Shown here: positions 63,196-64,000 of the stretch, piece after piece | Position numbering within the stretch: the stretch's first letter is position 1 | How the letters are laid out: every line of letters starts with the position of its first letter | The notes under the pieces: generated by a model | Told to the model about the DNA's origin: nothing | The model's input: the letters and a program-made list of their open reading frames with translations, nothing else | The model's database searches: none | Origin: Diadema antillarum | Lineage: Eukaryota | Length of the DNA stretch: 64,000 bases | Direction: 5' to 3' | Assembly: GCF_040938485.1 (NCBI RefSeq) | Contig: NW_027271376.1 | Coordinates: forward strand, 124,001-188,000 | Made by a program: the position numbers and the translations under genes

Positions 63196-64000
63196 CTGTA
63201 CCAAGAGAAAAAAAAAATAAGTCAAACGTTTCTATAGCGACCACGTAATTAAGAACCTTCCTAAATCTCCATCTCTGACCACGAGACATTGATTTTGCGC
63301 GTATTATCAGGAATATGACATTGTATTTCCTCTTCTCATTTCCAACATGCACTTCGATAGTGGGGTCTTAAAATAGCCATGCGGTAAAAATCTTGTCTTT
63401 TAGCCCTCTACGAAGCCCATTTTATTCATTGTCATTTGACAAATTAAGTTATCAAGAAATAGTTCTGACGATTTCCTTACGAAGGACCATTGCGAGGTTC
63501 AAAATCTGTAAGCAAAATACATGTATATTTAGATATTAATTATGACATTCGCACAGAATGATAACGAAAAATAGATTTGAGATTTGTCGACTATAATATG
63601 CTGGCAAGAATCTCGCTTGGCGTAGTTCTAACCCTGAAATATCATCCTCAATGGAGAATTTTTCCAGTTGAGGTCTTTCATACAACATTTACGAGTGTCA
63701 TGATGGTCTGGTCGTATGATGAAAAAAACCTCCTTATTGATATGCATTTGTCATAAAATTATTACATGATTTACAATTTACAAGTCACAACCGCGTACTT
63801 GCAGAGCAATCAAGTCACTTTGGTAGTTATGATCAATGTCTAGAATATTATAACAAAACTATAGTACAGCGTGACTTGATTAGGTGGCAGTGCTTTCCAG
63901 CGTGTCAATCTACATTGTACTTTCAGTAAAGAAACAAACAAAACAGTCACTTTCACGCCGCACGTAGGCGCAGCTCTTGCGTCAAATTAGTCTCCAGGGG

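Overview
AT-rich, intron-rich animal genomic DNA, most likely an echinoderm (it carries a creatine-kinase-lineage arginine kinase and sea-urchin-type repeats). I reconstructed five protein-coding genes by hand with phase-consistent GT-AG junctions. (1) KLHDC3 on + (9 coding exons, 7514-22827, 385 aa). (2) An unnamed gene on - (about 1040-1091 aa, 9-10 coding exons, 32564-45204) with a CaRF-like DNA-binding region, a MULE transposase fold and a SWIM zinc finger. Its third catalytic residue and CxxH motif are lost, so it looks like a domesticated, catalytically dead Mutator transposase; this is the most interesting object here. (3) A single-exon HNK-1/CHST-family sulfotransferase-like ORF on + (46851-47786) with substitutions at conserved positions. 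(4) TSNAX/TRAX on + (6 exons, 50952-55877, 342 aa). (5) The last four exons of an echinoderm-type arginine kinase on - (60658-63195, 5' part outside the window). Introns and intergenic DNA hold many non-autonomous transposon relics: TTAA-flanked piggyBac- and Kolobok-like, CWG-flanked Harbinger-like and TA-flanked Tc1/mariner-like MITEs, a DINE-1/HINE-like element, a tRNA-derived SINE and microsatellites. All family assignments come from remembered motifs, not database searches.
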